In this document: positions 49,925-64,000 of the stretch, piece by piece
Layout of the letters: the number at the start of each line of letters is the position of its first letter
Numbering within the stretch: the first letter of the stretch is position 1
Assembly (NCBI GenBank): GCA_030704615.1
Contig: CM060731.1
Span: 19,220,001-19,284,000, forward strand
Length of the DNA: 64,000 nt
DNA from: Takakia lepidozioides
Taxonomy: Eukaryota > Plantae > Bryophyta
Direction of reading: 5' to 3'
Made by a program: the position numbers and the translations under genes
Notes under the pieces: generated by a model
What the model was told of the DNA's origin: nothing
Databases searched by the model: none
The model's input: the letters and a program-made list of their open reading frames with translations, nothing else

Positions 49925-52807
49925 GTAACCTTCAAGAGTTTGCTTCTTTTTGTTCGCTTGAGCACTACATCTTTTGGCATTTTGTTCCACCATAGAATGA
50001 TACTCGATTCGACACATTCTTTCACATTTACAGTGTTCAGATTCTGTTCTCGAGAGTAGGGTAACCTGTTGTATAGCTCAATAAGTTACATAATCATAGC
50101 CTGCGCCAGAGAGGTGTAAATAGACTGGATCATACTGTAGAGGGGAGCTCTTCAAGCACGCTACAGGTGAATGATGTGCTACAGACATACTCTATACTTG
50201 CCCTTCTTGCTAAATATCCTTTCAGCTGGAAGCTAGGTATAAGACCGTATGGGAAAGATCTTGTTCTTTGAGCTTTCCATTTCCGTTATAAAGTATCATT
50301 CCATTTCTCTCTTTTCCTCTCTTTGGCTTTCCCTTCAGGTTATAAGCTTATTGCTTTTATTTACGCTTCATGAATTTCCTCATAGAAAAGCAGAGAGGTT
50401 GAGACTGGAGACTCAGTTTGAACATTCTGAAGATAGGATCCAGAGTGTGAAGGACAAACATAGAATGCAAATGGTGATGATGGGTGGTATACATTGCATT
50501 CCAGCTGTTATGACCTTGTAAACAGGAGGTGGTGATGTGGTTGTTTTATAATAGAACTCCTTTAAGTTATAGCTTCCAAGTGTCCTGATTCTCTAGAAGT
50601 TACGGAAGCTTCGTCGACCATCATTCGGCTTCTTAGTGATAATGTTCTTGTTACTGAAAACGCTCCTCTTACCGATGATACTCGTCTTACAAATGACTTC
50701 ACTGAGCCTGGCTTTATGTAAATTTCCGCAATGGGGGATTTCAGCAAGTACAGGCAAGCCCAAATTTGTGTATGCAGTTGAGTGGAGGTTGGCATGTGGA
50801 AATTTAGGGTAGCGTAGCTTTGGTCGAAGGTTTGCATATTGCTGTTCATGAAGGGAAGGGAAGGGTTCGCTTATGGAGTACAAGAAACTTGTTGGGGTGC
50901 TTTTCTTTGGCACGTCTCCGAAGTTAGCTGCTACAAAGCGCTTGCAAGCTGGCCAACCTCAAGAACCACACATGTCATTGCCCCCACCCCAATTCAGAGT
51001 GAGCTCTGGGTTTTTGACACACTGGATCTCAAAATGTCTACAAAAGGAGAATCCAGGCACGCATCCTCAGTTACCATCGAAGCAATCCCAAGTACAATGA
51101 AAGGTCCTTTCTAGTATAGCTGCTATTCAAGCACGCCTGTGCAATTCTTAGGGTGAAGGACACATACGTCAGGCCTCTCTTCTTCCCTCACTTTGGATGA
51201 AGAAGAGGGCAGTTCTTCGATGGAGCTCTATTAAATGCTCCTTCAAAATTTCCGGCAAAGTGAAAAGCAGCAGGGTCCCTTTCCTACAAAGGCTAGAGGA
51301 AGATTAATCAATGTCAAGAGAAAGATTATCTTTCTTTGTCATATGCTTTGTCCCTTTGACTGGCAATTACAACGATATTTATCACATATCTATTGTCAGC
51401 TGGAGGGCTAGAGGTGCAGTAATGGAATGACCGAGGTCGAACTTCCTTGTATGCGTATACAGATATTATAAACTACGTTCCATATAACTTGGCTCTTTAT
51501 GCCTCCTTTATGCTCGTGCACAAATTGCAATTTCAGTTTTCTATCTCATATACCTGGTTGGTTGTCTATTGGATCTGGAGGATTGGTATCTCATAGGGAC
51601 ATGTGGCCAGTGAGCACATTCTTCTTTGTCAATGGATGACCTTGCAATGCGTGTGCAAGCCCTGGGAAAATCACTTGGACATTTGATCTATGAAGAAGCT
51701 CATGTTTGAGAAACTCGCGGTAAAGTACTGCTAGGAATATTTAAATTTCAACGACAGGCAACACATCGTTGGACAGCTGAAGTTCATTTAACTGCTGGCA
51801 TAGTCTTTTTCTAGCTCTTTCACCATCTACAGGGAGACTAGGTGACTTGCTCCAAATCATTCTATGTTTCTAAGTTCCTGATTCATAGGATTTGTTCATC
51901 TCATTTGATCATCATTTAGAGTGCATTACAAGATATCAAACAGAATTTGGGCCAACCAATGAGTGGAATCAGGGATACAGGCCACCACAAATCTAGGGCA
52001 AGGAACAGAACTACTCAGGCATGAGTTGGGCCTCTTTTTAGTCACCTACCAGGTCTTTTACTTCCACATTGGGAGCAGAATTTTGAGTCAGACCGATCGA
52101 ATTCAGTCCCACACTCCTCACATACAGCAACAGTTTTTGAGCTTTGTCCCTACATGATCAAGGAAAAGCTTAATTGATATAGATGTATTCATTCTAGCCA
52201 TTACAAGATTTGCAGCACGGTGAGAGGGATATGAATGTATTGGTGTCTTATTTCTGACTTTCAGCGTACCTTCTTCAACATTTTTCCACCCAAACTTACA
52301 TTGTGGGATTTTGATCTGTGTCTCATCATCAAGTCTTTGCCTGTAATATGGAAAGTGTTGGATCAGCTCTTTAGAGATGAGTTTTGAAGCACACTGTACC
52401 AAAGTCCTGGACTGACTAGTCAATAATATTGGTTCTGTTGTCACCATGTAAATGTGAAACCTTGAGATTGGGGTCACACTTTTGCTTACACGGTCAGATG
52501 ATGAACTGCCCACCACCTTGTTCTGTGCACGAGCCTCCTGAATCTTTTGTTTCATAGTCGAAACGTCAAGCTTCCTATCAGTCAAGGGGCCGACTGGTTG
52601 CTCTGTACCTATCAGCCAACAAACTTTATGTGAGAGCCTAACCATCTCTCCTTCCTTGCTCCATTTTTAAAGCATGAAGACACCCCCAATTGCATTCCTA
52701 CTGTGTTTGGGTTGACTGGCCACTTGTAGCAAGGCTCAAAGGCAGTCTCATATATCATGAGTAGAGTAACTACTGGTTGCCTCTGGTCACCCCAACTCTG
52801 ATCAAAT

Positions 52808-54209
52808 TCAGAAATGGTGTAACTTAAATATCTTCTTATGGGGAGGTTCCCAAATTGAAGCTGCACCTTGGTGTGAATGCAACAATATTCTTCGCTCCAT
52901 ATTCATAGCTACAGGTCTGATCATAAATAAAATTTCTTGTTAAGTCGTGTAAGAGAGCTATCTTCTGGACTAAGCTTCATTACGTGCCTGGCGGGAGTCA
53001 CCAGCTGGAGATATAATTGAGACTACAGGAGATTTCTAAATTTCACCAAGTTCGTGAAGGTGAAGGATAGCATTAAAGCATCCACTATAGGAGAAGAATC
53101 CTTACTTGCATTTCCGTGCTTGGACCCAGCAACGGCTCCAGGCACCAATCTGTTCGATAAAGAGTTTGCAATAAGGCCTGTCCCAGCTGGTTTGGCAGGG
53201 TTGATTGCAGTGCAGGCTTTTTGGTGGTGCTTAAATGCTTTTGGAACAAACCTGCGACTGCAATGCGGGCACTGCTCCAAAGATGACTCAAATGCAGCAA
53301 ATGCTCTGCATCATGTAAAACCAAGTCCAGCATGTTTTAGGTTCAGACTTGGCTGGGAGAGCTTGCACACTAACTGATGCTTTCTCATCTCATCTCAAAC
53401 AGCTCAGGACGAAATTTGAACAGTTATTATGGCACTAGGAAAGGTACTGAGCTCATAATAAGATCCACATAACAATTTTGAGTGCACAATCGCAGATGAC
53501 TTCACTAGTAGGCTTGGTTGACCATCATCCTGTTATCAACACAGAAGGCAGTAAAAGGACGTTGGTGATGCTAAGATGCTGGAACTTCATTTATGCCACA
53601 CAGCGACAAAAATGTCACGATGGAAGTCCCTACTTTATTCAGCACAAAGGAATTCTCAATTACTGTAATCTTCCATAACAGTTTTCTGTCTTCTTGCTCC
53701 TAGGCGTCCAAATTTACTAAAACAATTAGATATATCTGTGCTCAAATAGAAGGGCTTAGTAGTCGTAAAGCTTACGCGTCGTTGAAATCATCAATGGCCT
53801 GGGCTCCACCGGTTCTCATGGCCGGTTCCGCTGCAGGAGGTAAAGGCATTGGACGGCGATCCTTCTTGGGTTTCTTCTCTTCTTCTGCCAACCATTTTTT
53901 TTGACACTGGGGAATGTGGATCGGCAAACTGCACAACCGCTCCACAAAGATATCCAGTTACCATGCATAGAAAAGGGGTGAAGATTTGAGATTGTCAACT
54001 TTCCTTATGTACATGGCACAATGTAGAGGAAGAACGGGATAAGAAAACGACATCCGGGCACTTGAACGAGACAGTGCTGTAGTACAGTCGTCTGAAAGGT
54101 AGCTGTCGAGAAAGAAACGAGACCTTTTGCTGCCAAATTCACGGCCGCAAAGGTAGCACATGAGCATGCGAGGACGCGGTGCTCCGGGTCTGCCACTCGG
54201 AATATTCAT
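52808..54209 (-). CDS. Small C2HC zinc-finger protein (ZNF474/ZC2HC1-like). Exons 54209-54124, 53928-53776, 53305-53106, 52866-52808 (last exon tentative)
   Basis: Spliced product has [24 protein letters not shown] and CPHCSRRFVPKAFKHHQKAC. Junctions are phase-compatible. Confidence 0.8.
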
Positions 54210-55480
54210 CCCTCACGAAATTCGTTCCTTCACTGCTTAGCATGTGTACTGGACCGTCGGAAATCAGCGAATCCCTTGAGCACATGCTGCTTGATCTACA
54301 TTGTCGAATCTGAGATTGGCACTAAACCTCCTTGAATGCATCGCACTTGTAGTTGCCCGAGTCTTGAGGAGATCTGATATGTTCTTTCTGAGCCATAAAA
54401 CCGTAATCTGTAAAGGGAATCAGGCAGAGATTTATCAACTAGTAAGAGGTGCTCCTTAACCCGGTGCCGCTCTTCATGTCAATAAAAATTATTAGGTTCG
54501 AAAGATGCTGCGACATTCGATGGCTCTTCAAACTCCAACAACAAGAGATTGCATCCAATTCTATTCAACGTGTGCCCTGCTGCACATGTATCGCAGAGGA
54601 TACACTGCGTACAGATCCTGTCTAATCGACTCTTCCCTGCAAATGCTTCTAGATGTCTATGCTAGGCGAGTCTTCTCCTTGATACCAATCTTCCGACAAG
54701 AGGTTCACTATATTCCTCGAAACTAGTTTATGGACAAGATTCCGCGGCCAACACATCAATTTCTACAACTGACTACGTTGATGCGCAACATCCCTAAAAT
54801 CTTCCCTGTTTCCATGGTCCTCCGTCCGAACCTGGTTTACTGCAGTTCGCGCCGAATTTGCTTCCAAAGACGTGTGAGGATGGAAGGCAACTATGAAAGG
54901 AGAAAAATTCGTAAAGCACAGTTGGCACTACATGAAGTGCACTTAGTGTAAGGGCATGTGCAGGGGCAAAGACTCCTGGTCTCACACCTCAAAGTCGCCT
55001 TATTCTTCCAATCCTTGACTGTTTCTAATCCTAGAAAAAAATCTCAGCACTACATAGAGACTTCTGATGTGCTCAAAAAACTCCCCGCTAGACAATACCT
55101 CCTCCTGCTCCGTCACAGGATCACCGATGCAACAACAAGACCGTGGAGAGTCCTTCGATGTCCAAGACTTGGTTGGAAGACGATGGGGCTCAGGAACTCC
55201 AAACAGAAGCTTAGTGGCCGTGTGGTCCTGCGTTCAAATCCACACGGGCCTACAGCTTGATCCCACTGCATGTTGTCAGTCAAACCGAAGTGACGAGCAG
55301 GAGTGATGTCAACTGAGACATCAGTGTGGATCCTGCCATCGTGGTTTTGGAGTGTTGAAAGAGCACGCTGTAATTATCAAGACGTTCACAGCTCAGTGAA
55401 GAAAAGGATCGACTGTCCTCCGCGTTGGAAATTCACAATATTGCAAATTGCTTTTGCTAAAGTGCAGTAGGGGGAACGTA

Positions 55481-56828
55481 ATGACAGGGCTTGCTGTGAT
55501 CATCATGGGTGTCTCTGGTGCTGGAAAGTCGTGAGTGTTGTAGCCGATCGGCTTTCCATTGCCTCAATCTTTGCAACTGTATATAAGAAAAACTTGAACT
55601 AGGAGAATTCCTTTGTACTTCACATGTGTGGATTGATTTCCTGTGTCGGCAAAGCTGTCAAGGGTTAGTTGGCTGGGCTTCAGCAGCAATGAGGGACCTT
55701 TGCTCACAACTGAAATAGCTACATCTTTGGATTCTTTCTTATCTGCAGAGGTTCCAATGCGTGTATATATTAGATCGGATTGCAGATGCCTCTGATGGGT
55801 TTGACTAGGAGGAGTCACATAGTTTCTTTGGACGGAAAAGGACGAGCTCGGACGGATTGTATAGTTCAGAACAAGTGCTTATCTGGCTTTCCTTGTGACT
55901 ATGGGTAGGACGGTAGGAGAGCTTCTTGCGAAGACTTGGAAATGCCCCTTCTATGATGCCGACGGTTTCCATTCAGAGGACAATAAAGGTGCGATGCTTT
56001 CAATTTGTCACTCAATGGATTGAGCGATTTGGTAAACATGTGTGTGCTTGAGTTTCTGAGGTTGCAAACACCTAGCAGCAGATAAACCCTTTCATTGGAT
56101 TGGAACAGTGAAATGAATAAAGCTCATTTCTGGGGAGCTTTGCAATGGGTGTAGAGATGCTAAAGACTTAAGCAGCTGAAAGATGTGGGCAAGCCAGAAA
56201 CAATGGGTTGATGTGAGGCAGGTAGAAAAAGGAGAAAATGATGGATAAAGCAATCAGCTTGAAGCCAATTGTGGTGGCATTGTTGTCAAGGTCAGAGAAG
56301 ATGAAGAATGGGGTTTCACTCACAGATGAAGACCGCATGCCATGGCTGGAGACCTTGCGGGACTTATTGATTGACCACATTATTAGAGATCATCGAGTAG
56401 TTCTGGCATGCTCTGCATTGCGCCCTCAGTATAGAGACATACTTCGAACTGCAGATTATGGATTCTTGGCAGAAGAAAAGAGGCCTGACTCTCAAACAAT
56501 AAATGGAAACCCTGCAGATAACACAGGGGAAGGTCAGGGAAATGTAGTATGCACTACAAAAAACAAGGATGGGAGAGAACAGAGGTCTGCAAGTGAGAAT
56601 CCAAATTCACGTGTTGTTTTTGTCTACTTGAAAGGCACAGCTGAGCTGTTTGCAGCTAGGCTGGTAGTAAGACACAAAGCAGGGATACATTATATGCCCC
56701 CTGTCCTCTTGCAATCCCAGATAGACACTCTTCAGATTGACAAGGCAGAGATGGGTATCTTAGAGACAGATGCAAGCTTGAATACTGTGACCATTGTAGA
56801 AGATATTCAATCAAAACTGTCCTGTTAG
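55481..56828 (+). CDS. Gluconokinase. Exons 55481-55530, 55909-55988, 56296-56828
   Basis: P-loop IIMGVSGAGKSTVG, FYDADGFH, KMKNGVSLTDEDRMPWL, LACSALRPQYR, HYMPPVLLQSQ. Confidence 0.93.
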
Positions 56829-58335
56829 GGTTGTGGAGCCAATATTAGTCATCATGATGTTGTCCCTCAACCTGCCAATGAGTACCGCAAGATGTAATGT
56901 GCTCAGCTTTGGGCCCAATTTTGTAGATGTTAGACTTGAGCATTCAATTCTCTGTGCATGGTACAAGCAGCTACCAACAGGGCTGTACAAGTCCAGTTTT
57001 ATACAGTACCTTTTAATGTACCGTGGTCAAAAATCAGAGAGGGTTAGGCAGACAATATATTAACAACGACATTGATATTTGTCTCTGCACTATGATCGCC
57101 TGACTTTCAAAAGGTGTAAACAAGTTTGATTCCCACCAAAAGTGCAATGCAAGTTCAGAGAAGGCATAATTTCTTGCAACCCTTCACGGTACAGGGTGGA
57201 AACAAAGGAAGTGAGAGATCGTCTACATTGGACCATAGCCTGTTGCAAGATCCCCTAGTTCAAGTGTAAGGGTTATCAGACTCTGCTTTCTTGCATTTAA
57301 CATTTGATTTGTCTCGTGTTCATTCTTTGGTAATGACACATACCAATCTGGTAATGTCACTTCCCAAATGACAGCTTTCTTATAGGTGACTGGATGTGTA
57401 AGCCACCAAGCGTGAAGATGGGAACTGCTCCCAATGAACGCTTTACACAAGATTATGACTACAAGACAATTGCCAATGCGTAGGACCTGCTAGCTCTAAA
57501 CTCTAACCTGAAACCCCTCCTGTGTTAAGTAAACTACCCAGGACGTGGTTATGTATGGAAGGAAAACCTGCGTCTTAGTGCGAGGCCTGCGACCAAGATA
57601 ATCCATAACAAGCTCCAGACTTGCATCCATGCATGGCCTAATTCAACAGGACTGCAAACAATCAGTAGTTCCACCAAGCTGTTTAACAGCCAACACAACA
57701 TGTGGGATTGACTCCCTTAAATGGACTAATGTGCATCCAGCTCTAAAAAATGGAAAACAATGCACACCATCAAACTTTTCATTTCACTAATATTCTAAGC
57801 AGGGGTGCAAGTTCATGTGAATATGAAATTTGTTCCCATACTTCAGCTGTTCCCAGCTCTACTATAAGACAGCCCCATAAACACGTGCAGTTTGATGTTT
57901 GCTTCTATCACATCATGAAGTAAGAATAAGGAAGATGCCGAGGTGCTAAACGGCAGCCTAGAGAGCGGTCCTGGTCTCCACTTACTACTTATTAGTAACT
58001 AACAAGCTATGCTAATGGGGTTCTTCATCACTTCCAACCCACCCAAAACATGGAAACCTACTCACCAGCTGTTATACTCAATAGAGAGCCTAATGTGCAG
58101 AAAATTGGAACCAGCTGCACTTCTGCATTGGAAATGTCCTGAAAGGCTCCCAAGTCCACTCAATCAAGCAAAGTGATGTACCAAGCTGGATGATATTGGC
58201 AGATCTCATTTCTCATGTTCTTTTGCTCCCCTATGAGATTACTGCAAACACAGTGCCAATGAGCTCTCAATTGCTAACAGCCACTGATGTGCCAAAGCAG
58301 CTTTAACCCCTTACTGATTACAGGACCTCCGAAGG

Positions 58336-61300
58336 TCATAGGGTGTCATCAGGTTGCCAAAGCTGCTTCCGAGCAAGTAAAATTTTCTCATCTGCATCTG
58401 AGGTCTCATCTTTTTCAGCAACAAACTCTTCGGACCACGCATCCCAGTGCAAGGCAGTGAGGTATTTGCTAATTTGGTTCACCAAAGAAGTTTTGTCACG
58501 GATGATAACAAGACCCGTTGGGCGCAGAATACGGTCCATTTCGAGCAGCAGATCTTCCATGCTGCAGCCTTGGGTGTCAATATCCGAAAACACGGTCCAG
58601 GCATGCAACAGGTCATATGTGCGGGGATAGGTTGAATATGCTTCACACCTATTGAACCCACCCAGCCACTTCCAATCAGGTCATTCTACTCAAAACCACG
58701 CAGGAGCATCCAGCCAGGCTACAAACTGGGAGAAGGAGAACCCTGCAGGAGTAGAAGTCACAGTCCAACCAAGCACGTCGCTAGCTAGTACAGAGCTAGC
58801 ACGCAGTTGAGTGTCTGGCAGCCTCAGACACGCTCCTCTTCAATCAATATATAATCTCAATAGTCAGATTAAATGCTCACACAGATTGCAAATTTCAGAC
58901 AATGACCTTAGGTTGGTATAGTATGAGGGGCTGAATTTACCAGTTATGTAAAGAGCCAATGAAACCACGGTCATAAACAACTTTTAACGTGTTAGTGCCA
59001 ACTGTTGGCACCACATTCATGACCCAGACAGGCTCATCCATGTCCCTCAGCCCTGCAGCAAACCCACCAAAGTTGGTTTTCATGTCCATTATGTTTCGTA
59101 GACTTGATCGCTCCACTTGATTTGCTGCCTTCAGCTGCTTCCAGTAAAATTCAACCCTCTTCTTCCAAGTACTCTGCAAAATCAAGTCCCAAATGAGAAC
59201 ATTCTCCTTGTGGGGTTCCATCTCATTCCAGGAGAAGATGGAACTTCACAAAGCTAAGGCAAGGCCTTCTGCCCCAAGTGCTCAGCGGCATATTACGCCT
59301 CAAGCTCACTTACAAAAGCACAACTGCAGAGGTTGATACACAGAAACTCTAGCATCAGCAGCATTGACCAGATACTGGATCCAACTAACTAATTTACAGC
59401 TATTGGAAAAAGAATTTACAGTGTCTGTAAAGAATGTTCCGCTGTCAACACCAAGGTCTTGCAAGCGTGGAGGGGGGACAGACATACGCTCCGGCCATGG
59501 CTTCAGACCACTTCCATGCAACTTCTCAGCTGTAACAGACCATAGCATGCATCAGTTCAATCCTGCTTCAAATCATCCCTTTCCTATTCCAAGCCGGGCT
59601 GCACACTGATTATGAATAAGGATGCTTAAGGACTAGTTTTGCTAAACAGGGATTCATGCAGGTGTGCACAGAAAGAGAGGTATATTCAGTTTTACTTAGC
59701 CACATGTAGTTTACTGCATGAAAAACAGCAAAGGCAGCCAAAACCTTACATCCAGTCAAAGGAGTGATACAAGCCTTCATAGGCTCCTGCCACACAGAAT
59801 CCGGGTCCGAATTTGTGCTACACAGTAGTGGCTCAGTCCCCTCTGGTCGCTTCTCATAGCACTCATTGGTCAGCGGCTTTGCCCAAATCACTGTCTGATC
59901 CTGTTTGGCAGCAATTGTCCAGCACATGCGGCTCACAAGACTACTCATTTCATTCCAAATTTTCCTGTCCTCTGGATCATCACGATATGCCGGAGGGGAT
60001 GACCACACGAAGTACGCACCAGGTCTCAAAAGCCTATCCACCTCCAGGAGCAGAATTCCATCTCTCTGTCTCCAGTCGATTCGGCAGCGAGAGCAGTGAG
60101 CCAAATCAAAGGATTTACTTGGATATGGAAGACGCATGGTGCCTAGTACACCAAGCGTAGCAGGAATGCCTCTCTCCAGTGCAAACTGAATCTGGTTCTG
60201 GTGGACATCATTGGGGGCCAGGGACATTGCCAGGATGTCCAAAGGAAGTAAGTAAGCACCAAAGCTTGCCACCCCACAGCCCACATCAAGCACGGTCCTT
60301 ACCTTTCCCCCAATGCTTAGATTTCCATCCTCACTTTTCAGCATCTGCAACCAAGGCACCAACCTTAGTGTGTGAGGCACAAATGCACAGAGACTTCATT
60401 GCGCTTTTGAGAATTACATTTTCATGTTGGAATTGAAAGACCTGCACCATGAACAATGAATTTATCAACAGTCCTATCGGGTCTGAGAAGCCAGTATATC
60501 AATGTTACAATATTGGGATGTGAAAGTTCTATGCTAAAGAACCTCAGCTTCGATCAGATGTTCTTCAAAACCTTGAAGGCACTCAGAGAGAAGAGATATT
60601 TCTCATACATTTATATTTGTCATACCTTGCCAAGAGAGTAGATGTACTTGTCAGCTCCATTAGGAAAATGTGTGCCACCACCTGGGAAATTCACCTTTTG
60701 ACCATTGACCACCATCCAATGCTGATCTGATTTCTCAACTGCCAAAAATGTATGTGGCACATTGGCTTGCCAAACTTCATCCCTGCTTGCGGGCCACTTG
60801 ATTGACACCTGCTCACAAGTGCCCAGACCAGAGCATTTCTGTATTGCATGCAGAATGCAAGGAACATAGCTCCAAACACCTAGGTGATTGTTGATAAAAA
60901 ACACTTCACAAAAATGGTTGTGAAGCCAGTCTTGCATCCACTAAACATCCCATGACAGAGTGCTTTCATACTCCAACATGCCTTATGCTCATGAAGAAAG
61001 ATGGGCCGCTACGGTTACAAAGTAAGTTAAAGGTCAGATTTCGACAATTTGCCAGTAATCGGAAGTACCTATGAAGGTACAGTAGATGAAAGGCCACCAC
61101 ACTTAACACGAGGATCGAGCATAGCTGTGCCTCCAAAAGGGGAGCCCTACTGCAGCTCAAACTACATGTAAGCCCCTAAATCCTGATTACCGGTATCACT
61201 GCAAGATCATGTCATCAGACAATGAAGTCTCCTCGTTACCCTGTAATTTGGGGGAGGTGGTATCAAACAGTTGAGGCGGCGCTCAGAAGGTGGGCAGTGA

Positions 61301-62294
61301 CGCTCGTAGTGCTCCATGAGCAAGAGATTGAGCTTCAACTTCATCTGGCTTTGTGTCCGCCGGTCTAGGCATGGAATTAGTTCCGAGTACTGAGCATCAC
61401 AAACCTGCATATCCCGAGACCTTCACTTTCATGAAACAAACTCCACAAAATCATCGCAGAGGTCAGGTAAACAACCTCCACATTCATAACAAGTGCAATA
61501 TTCCTACCACTCTGAATAATTCCTACAGATCACATCCTAGCATATAGGAATCCAAGGTTAAATTCAAGAACAAATTCATGTACAACCACCAGGATTATGC
61601 AGGGCCTACAGTGCACAAGTCTCTAAGAGAAGGCCAAAAAGCAAATGCACTCACAAAAAGCTGCTCACAGGTGATAATGAATGAATTTATAACTCTGCAT
61701 TGCAAATCAAAATCCATACATACTAATCTATCAGCTTACAGGAAATGTCTTCAGTCTGACTTCGGCAATTTCCTCCTCGCCAGTAGAATCATCTGCTGAT
61801 TGTTCAGTGTCCTCACTTGTGGATCCCTCCTCAGTAGTCTCCTCCTTCTCATCAGAATCTTCCTCTTTCTCGCTACTGGCATCATCCTTTTCGTCTGCTG
61901 CTTCTTTTCCATCTGCTTCATCCTTCTCATCCTTCTCCGACTGTTCATCCTTACTGGTATCTGTGTCGTCGGCAGTGGATTCTTCTGTCTCCGGAGCAAT
62001 GGCTGGCGCGGGATCTTCGCTCACTTCGATGAGTTTCGAGACTGACCAATCAGAGGAACGGTCCCGTGTGACAGCCTTGCTTTTGCGGAGATTAGAGCTG
62101 AAGAAGGAGCCATGGTAAATGGAGAGAAGGGATAGCATAAGCACCATGGCGCAGACAGCGATAAACACTCGTCTCTTCTGTGGTGCTCCATCATTTTTAC
62201 CTCTCATTCTCTGCGTATTGGATCTCCCAAACATTCCGCCTGACTGCCTTCGCCCCCTCTTCTTCCCGATTTTCTCGCAGGGTATTGATCGCAA
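58336..62294 (-). CDS. DUF248 putative pectin methyltransferase (PMT1/3/8/9 group), 7 exons
   Basis: TM segment and acidic stem, ELIPCLDR..MEHYERHCPP, FPGGGTHF, LDVGCGVASFG, AHCSRCRIDW, YDRGFIG, EMDRILRP. Confidence 0.94.
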
Positions 62295-63600
62295 TCTCTA
62301 CAGAAACAGCGTATCTAACTCTGATCTGAGCTTCGACCTGTGTTTTCCTCTCCGCAGCTTACCGGACTTTATTCGACTGTCCTAAGACGACCTAACTGCC
62401 AATGTGGCCCGTTCCGCAAGAATTTCTCACCACCTGAATCTTCCCTCTCAATTGACTAGCACAATAATGCCTCGAGTTCCATCCTAGCCATCCTATATTG
62501 GCTTGTTCCCTGAGAAATATTACAGACCTGGATGCTGAAACTCTTCCTTAATAAAAGCCCCCGAGTGTTCTCAAAGCACTGTAAGGCGAAGTCATCAAGG
62601 CGTCAAGATATTCACGATCAACCTTACTGCTCTCCAGCGCAGACAGTGCCGCTCCTCAAATGCACCTTCTGGTGGTCTGGGCGAAACACGTAGCTACAAC
62701 CAAACCATCATTCACAGAATTGCCTCAACATCGAGCACCAAAGAGTGCACCGATGGAGCCCCCCTCCCCTCCTTGAGCGCTTCTCACAGCTGCCAATGAA
62801 ACTCCTCCCAGAATGCACCTGCTCGGCACCTTGCACACACCATCTGACACTCATCTCCTCACATTCCTTCTCCTCTGATCCAAGAACACCACAGACACAC
62901 TCAGGATTCTGCAAAGGCAGGAATGATGAGAAGTGCAGACGACGGGGACGGGAACGGACACCGGAACGGCAATAAGAACCAGTCAACCCGCGCCAACCCC
63001 GACAGTTTGAATCCCAAAGTTTCGCCACCGATCGCCACCAACAGTGACGGATGACACACATCCTCATCTGCGCTAAAGATGGATGTGATAATGGATGCAG
63101 GCGTAGTGGATGGATGAGTGACTGTACATCCTTTGTACGGTTTCTTGGGGGCGCTATCTGAGCCGCTGGTTACGTTCGGCGCAAGTTACGGACATAATCA
63201 TTATTCATCGATTAGGATGGATGATAAGAGAATAGTACGGTCTTGCACCCTTCTTTTTTCTTTTTCATTTTCATTTTCTTATCCTAGTTGACGAAAATTG
63301 CGGACATTTCTGAGCGGGCCACATTTTTCACGGGGGCAGCCTGCAAGTTGGCTGGTAAAAGAGAGAGCGCATGATAGGCGCCTAGAGAAGAAGAGGCCAC
63401 AATCCCAAGAGTCCATAGCTATGGAAGAACACAATGCACAGGTTGTGTTTGGACGATGGGATTTGGAAGGATCTACTTATAGACTCGCAAGATAGAATGT
63501 TGCCTTGTCTTCCCTTTGTGAAACAGATTCAGATCATGCACACACTTAGCAAGCATCACCGTTCGAACTCTTATGAGGTCCGAGTTATTTCGTAAGCTCT

Positions 63601-63722
63601 TATAGTCGTTGTAGTCATATGGACTACTTACTCGACAAGATGGAACATGGTTGAGATAGCTTACAGTCGTTGTAGTCATATGGACTTTTACTTACTCGAC
63701 AAGATGGAACATGGTTGAGATA
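63601..63722 (+). repeat. Tandem duplication (~61 bp x2)
   Basis: agtcgttgtagtcatatggact..acttactcgacaagatggaacatggttgagata is repeated with a small indel. Confidence 0.9.
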
Positions 63723-64000
63723 TAATTTCAGTTCCAACCAATGGCAAAATATGCCCGCTTGGTCGCATATCGTCGAAGTGGATCATGATCATGTGCGGCA
63801 GCATATAAATGGGCTCTCATGTATGATTGAAAATTAAGGAGAGGATCAATTTGCTTAGGTTATGGGCAGTGTCCCCTTTCTCAGCCTCCATGGTTTGTCA
63901 TGTGAGGTTATTTTTTCCTCATTGTCCAAATATCTGGCCTATCTCAGGCCTACTTCTAAAAAACAAATCAAAAAAAATGATTGAGGCCCTGTTACTCAAA

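Noticed and set aside
50500-52700. Additional gene or TE between QCR7 and the zinc-finger gene (ORFs up to 175 aa)
   Set aside because: No motif, splice chain or terminal repeats could be recognised.
34246-56828. Metabolic gene cluster (F2KP, QCR7, gluconokinase)
   Set aside because: These are unrelated housekeeping genes in a compact genome; there is no evidence of co-regulation.
63601-63722. CRISPR-like array
   Set aside because: A two-unit tandem duplication without unique spacers, in eukaryotic DNA.

Overview
Gene-dense nuclear DNA from a land plant, probably a non-seed plant such as a bryophyte. That assignment is inferred from protein similarity, gene content and TE content, not proven. 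Eleven protein-coding genes can be built; the nine spliced ones use GT-AG junctions except one broken donor in F2KP. The genes are pTAC12/HEMERA (+), TMEM230-like (+), an At1g24560-like coiled-coil protein (-), an F-box/WD40 protein (-), CHR8/CSB (-), an At5g01710-like two-domain methyltransferase (+), F2KP (-), QCR7 (+), a small C2HC zinc-finger protein (-), gluconokinase (+) and a DUF248/PMT methyltransferase (-). The most unusual content is in the first 16 kb. It holds a TTAA-flanked piggyBac-type non-autonomous element, a CRE-like retroelement remnant, and three pieces of one RTEX-like LINE family, two of them inverted around pTAC12 exons. It also holds a decayed Dualen-like LINE fragment encoding a chromodomain, a PCIF1-like adenine-methyltransferase-like domain and RNase H. 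All family assignments come from motif recognition by eye; no searches were run.
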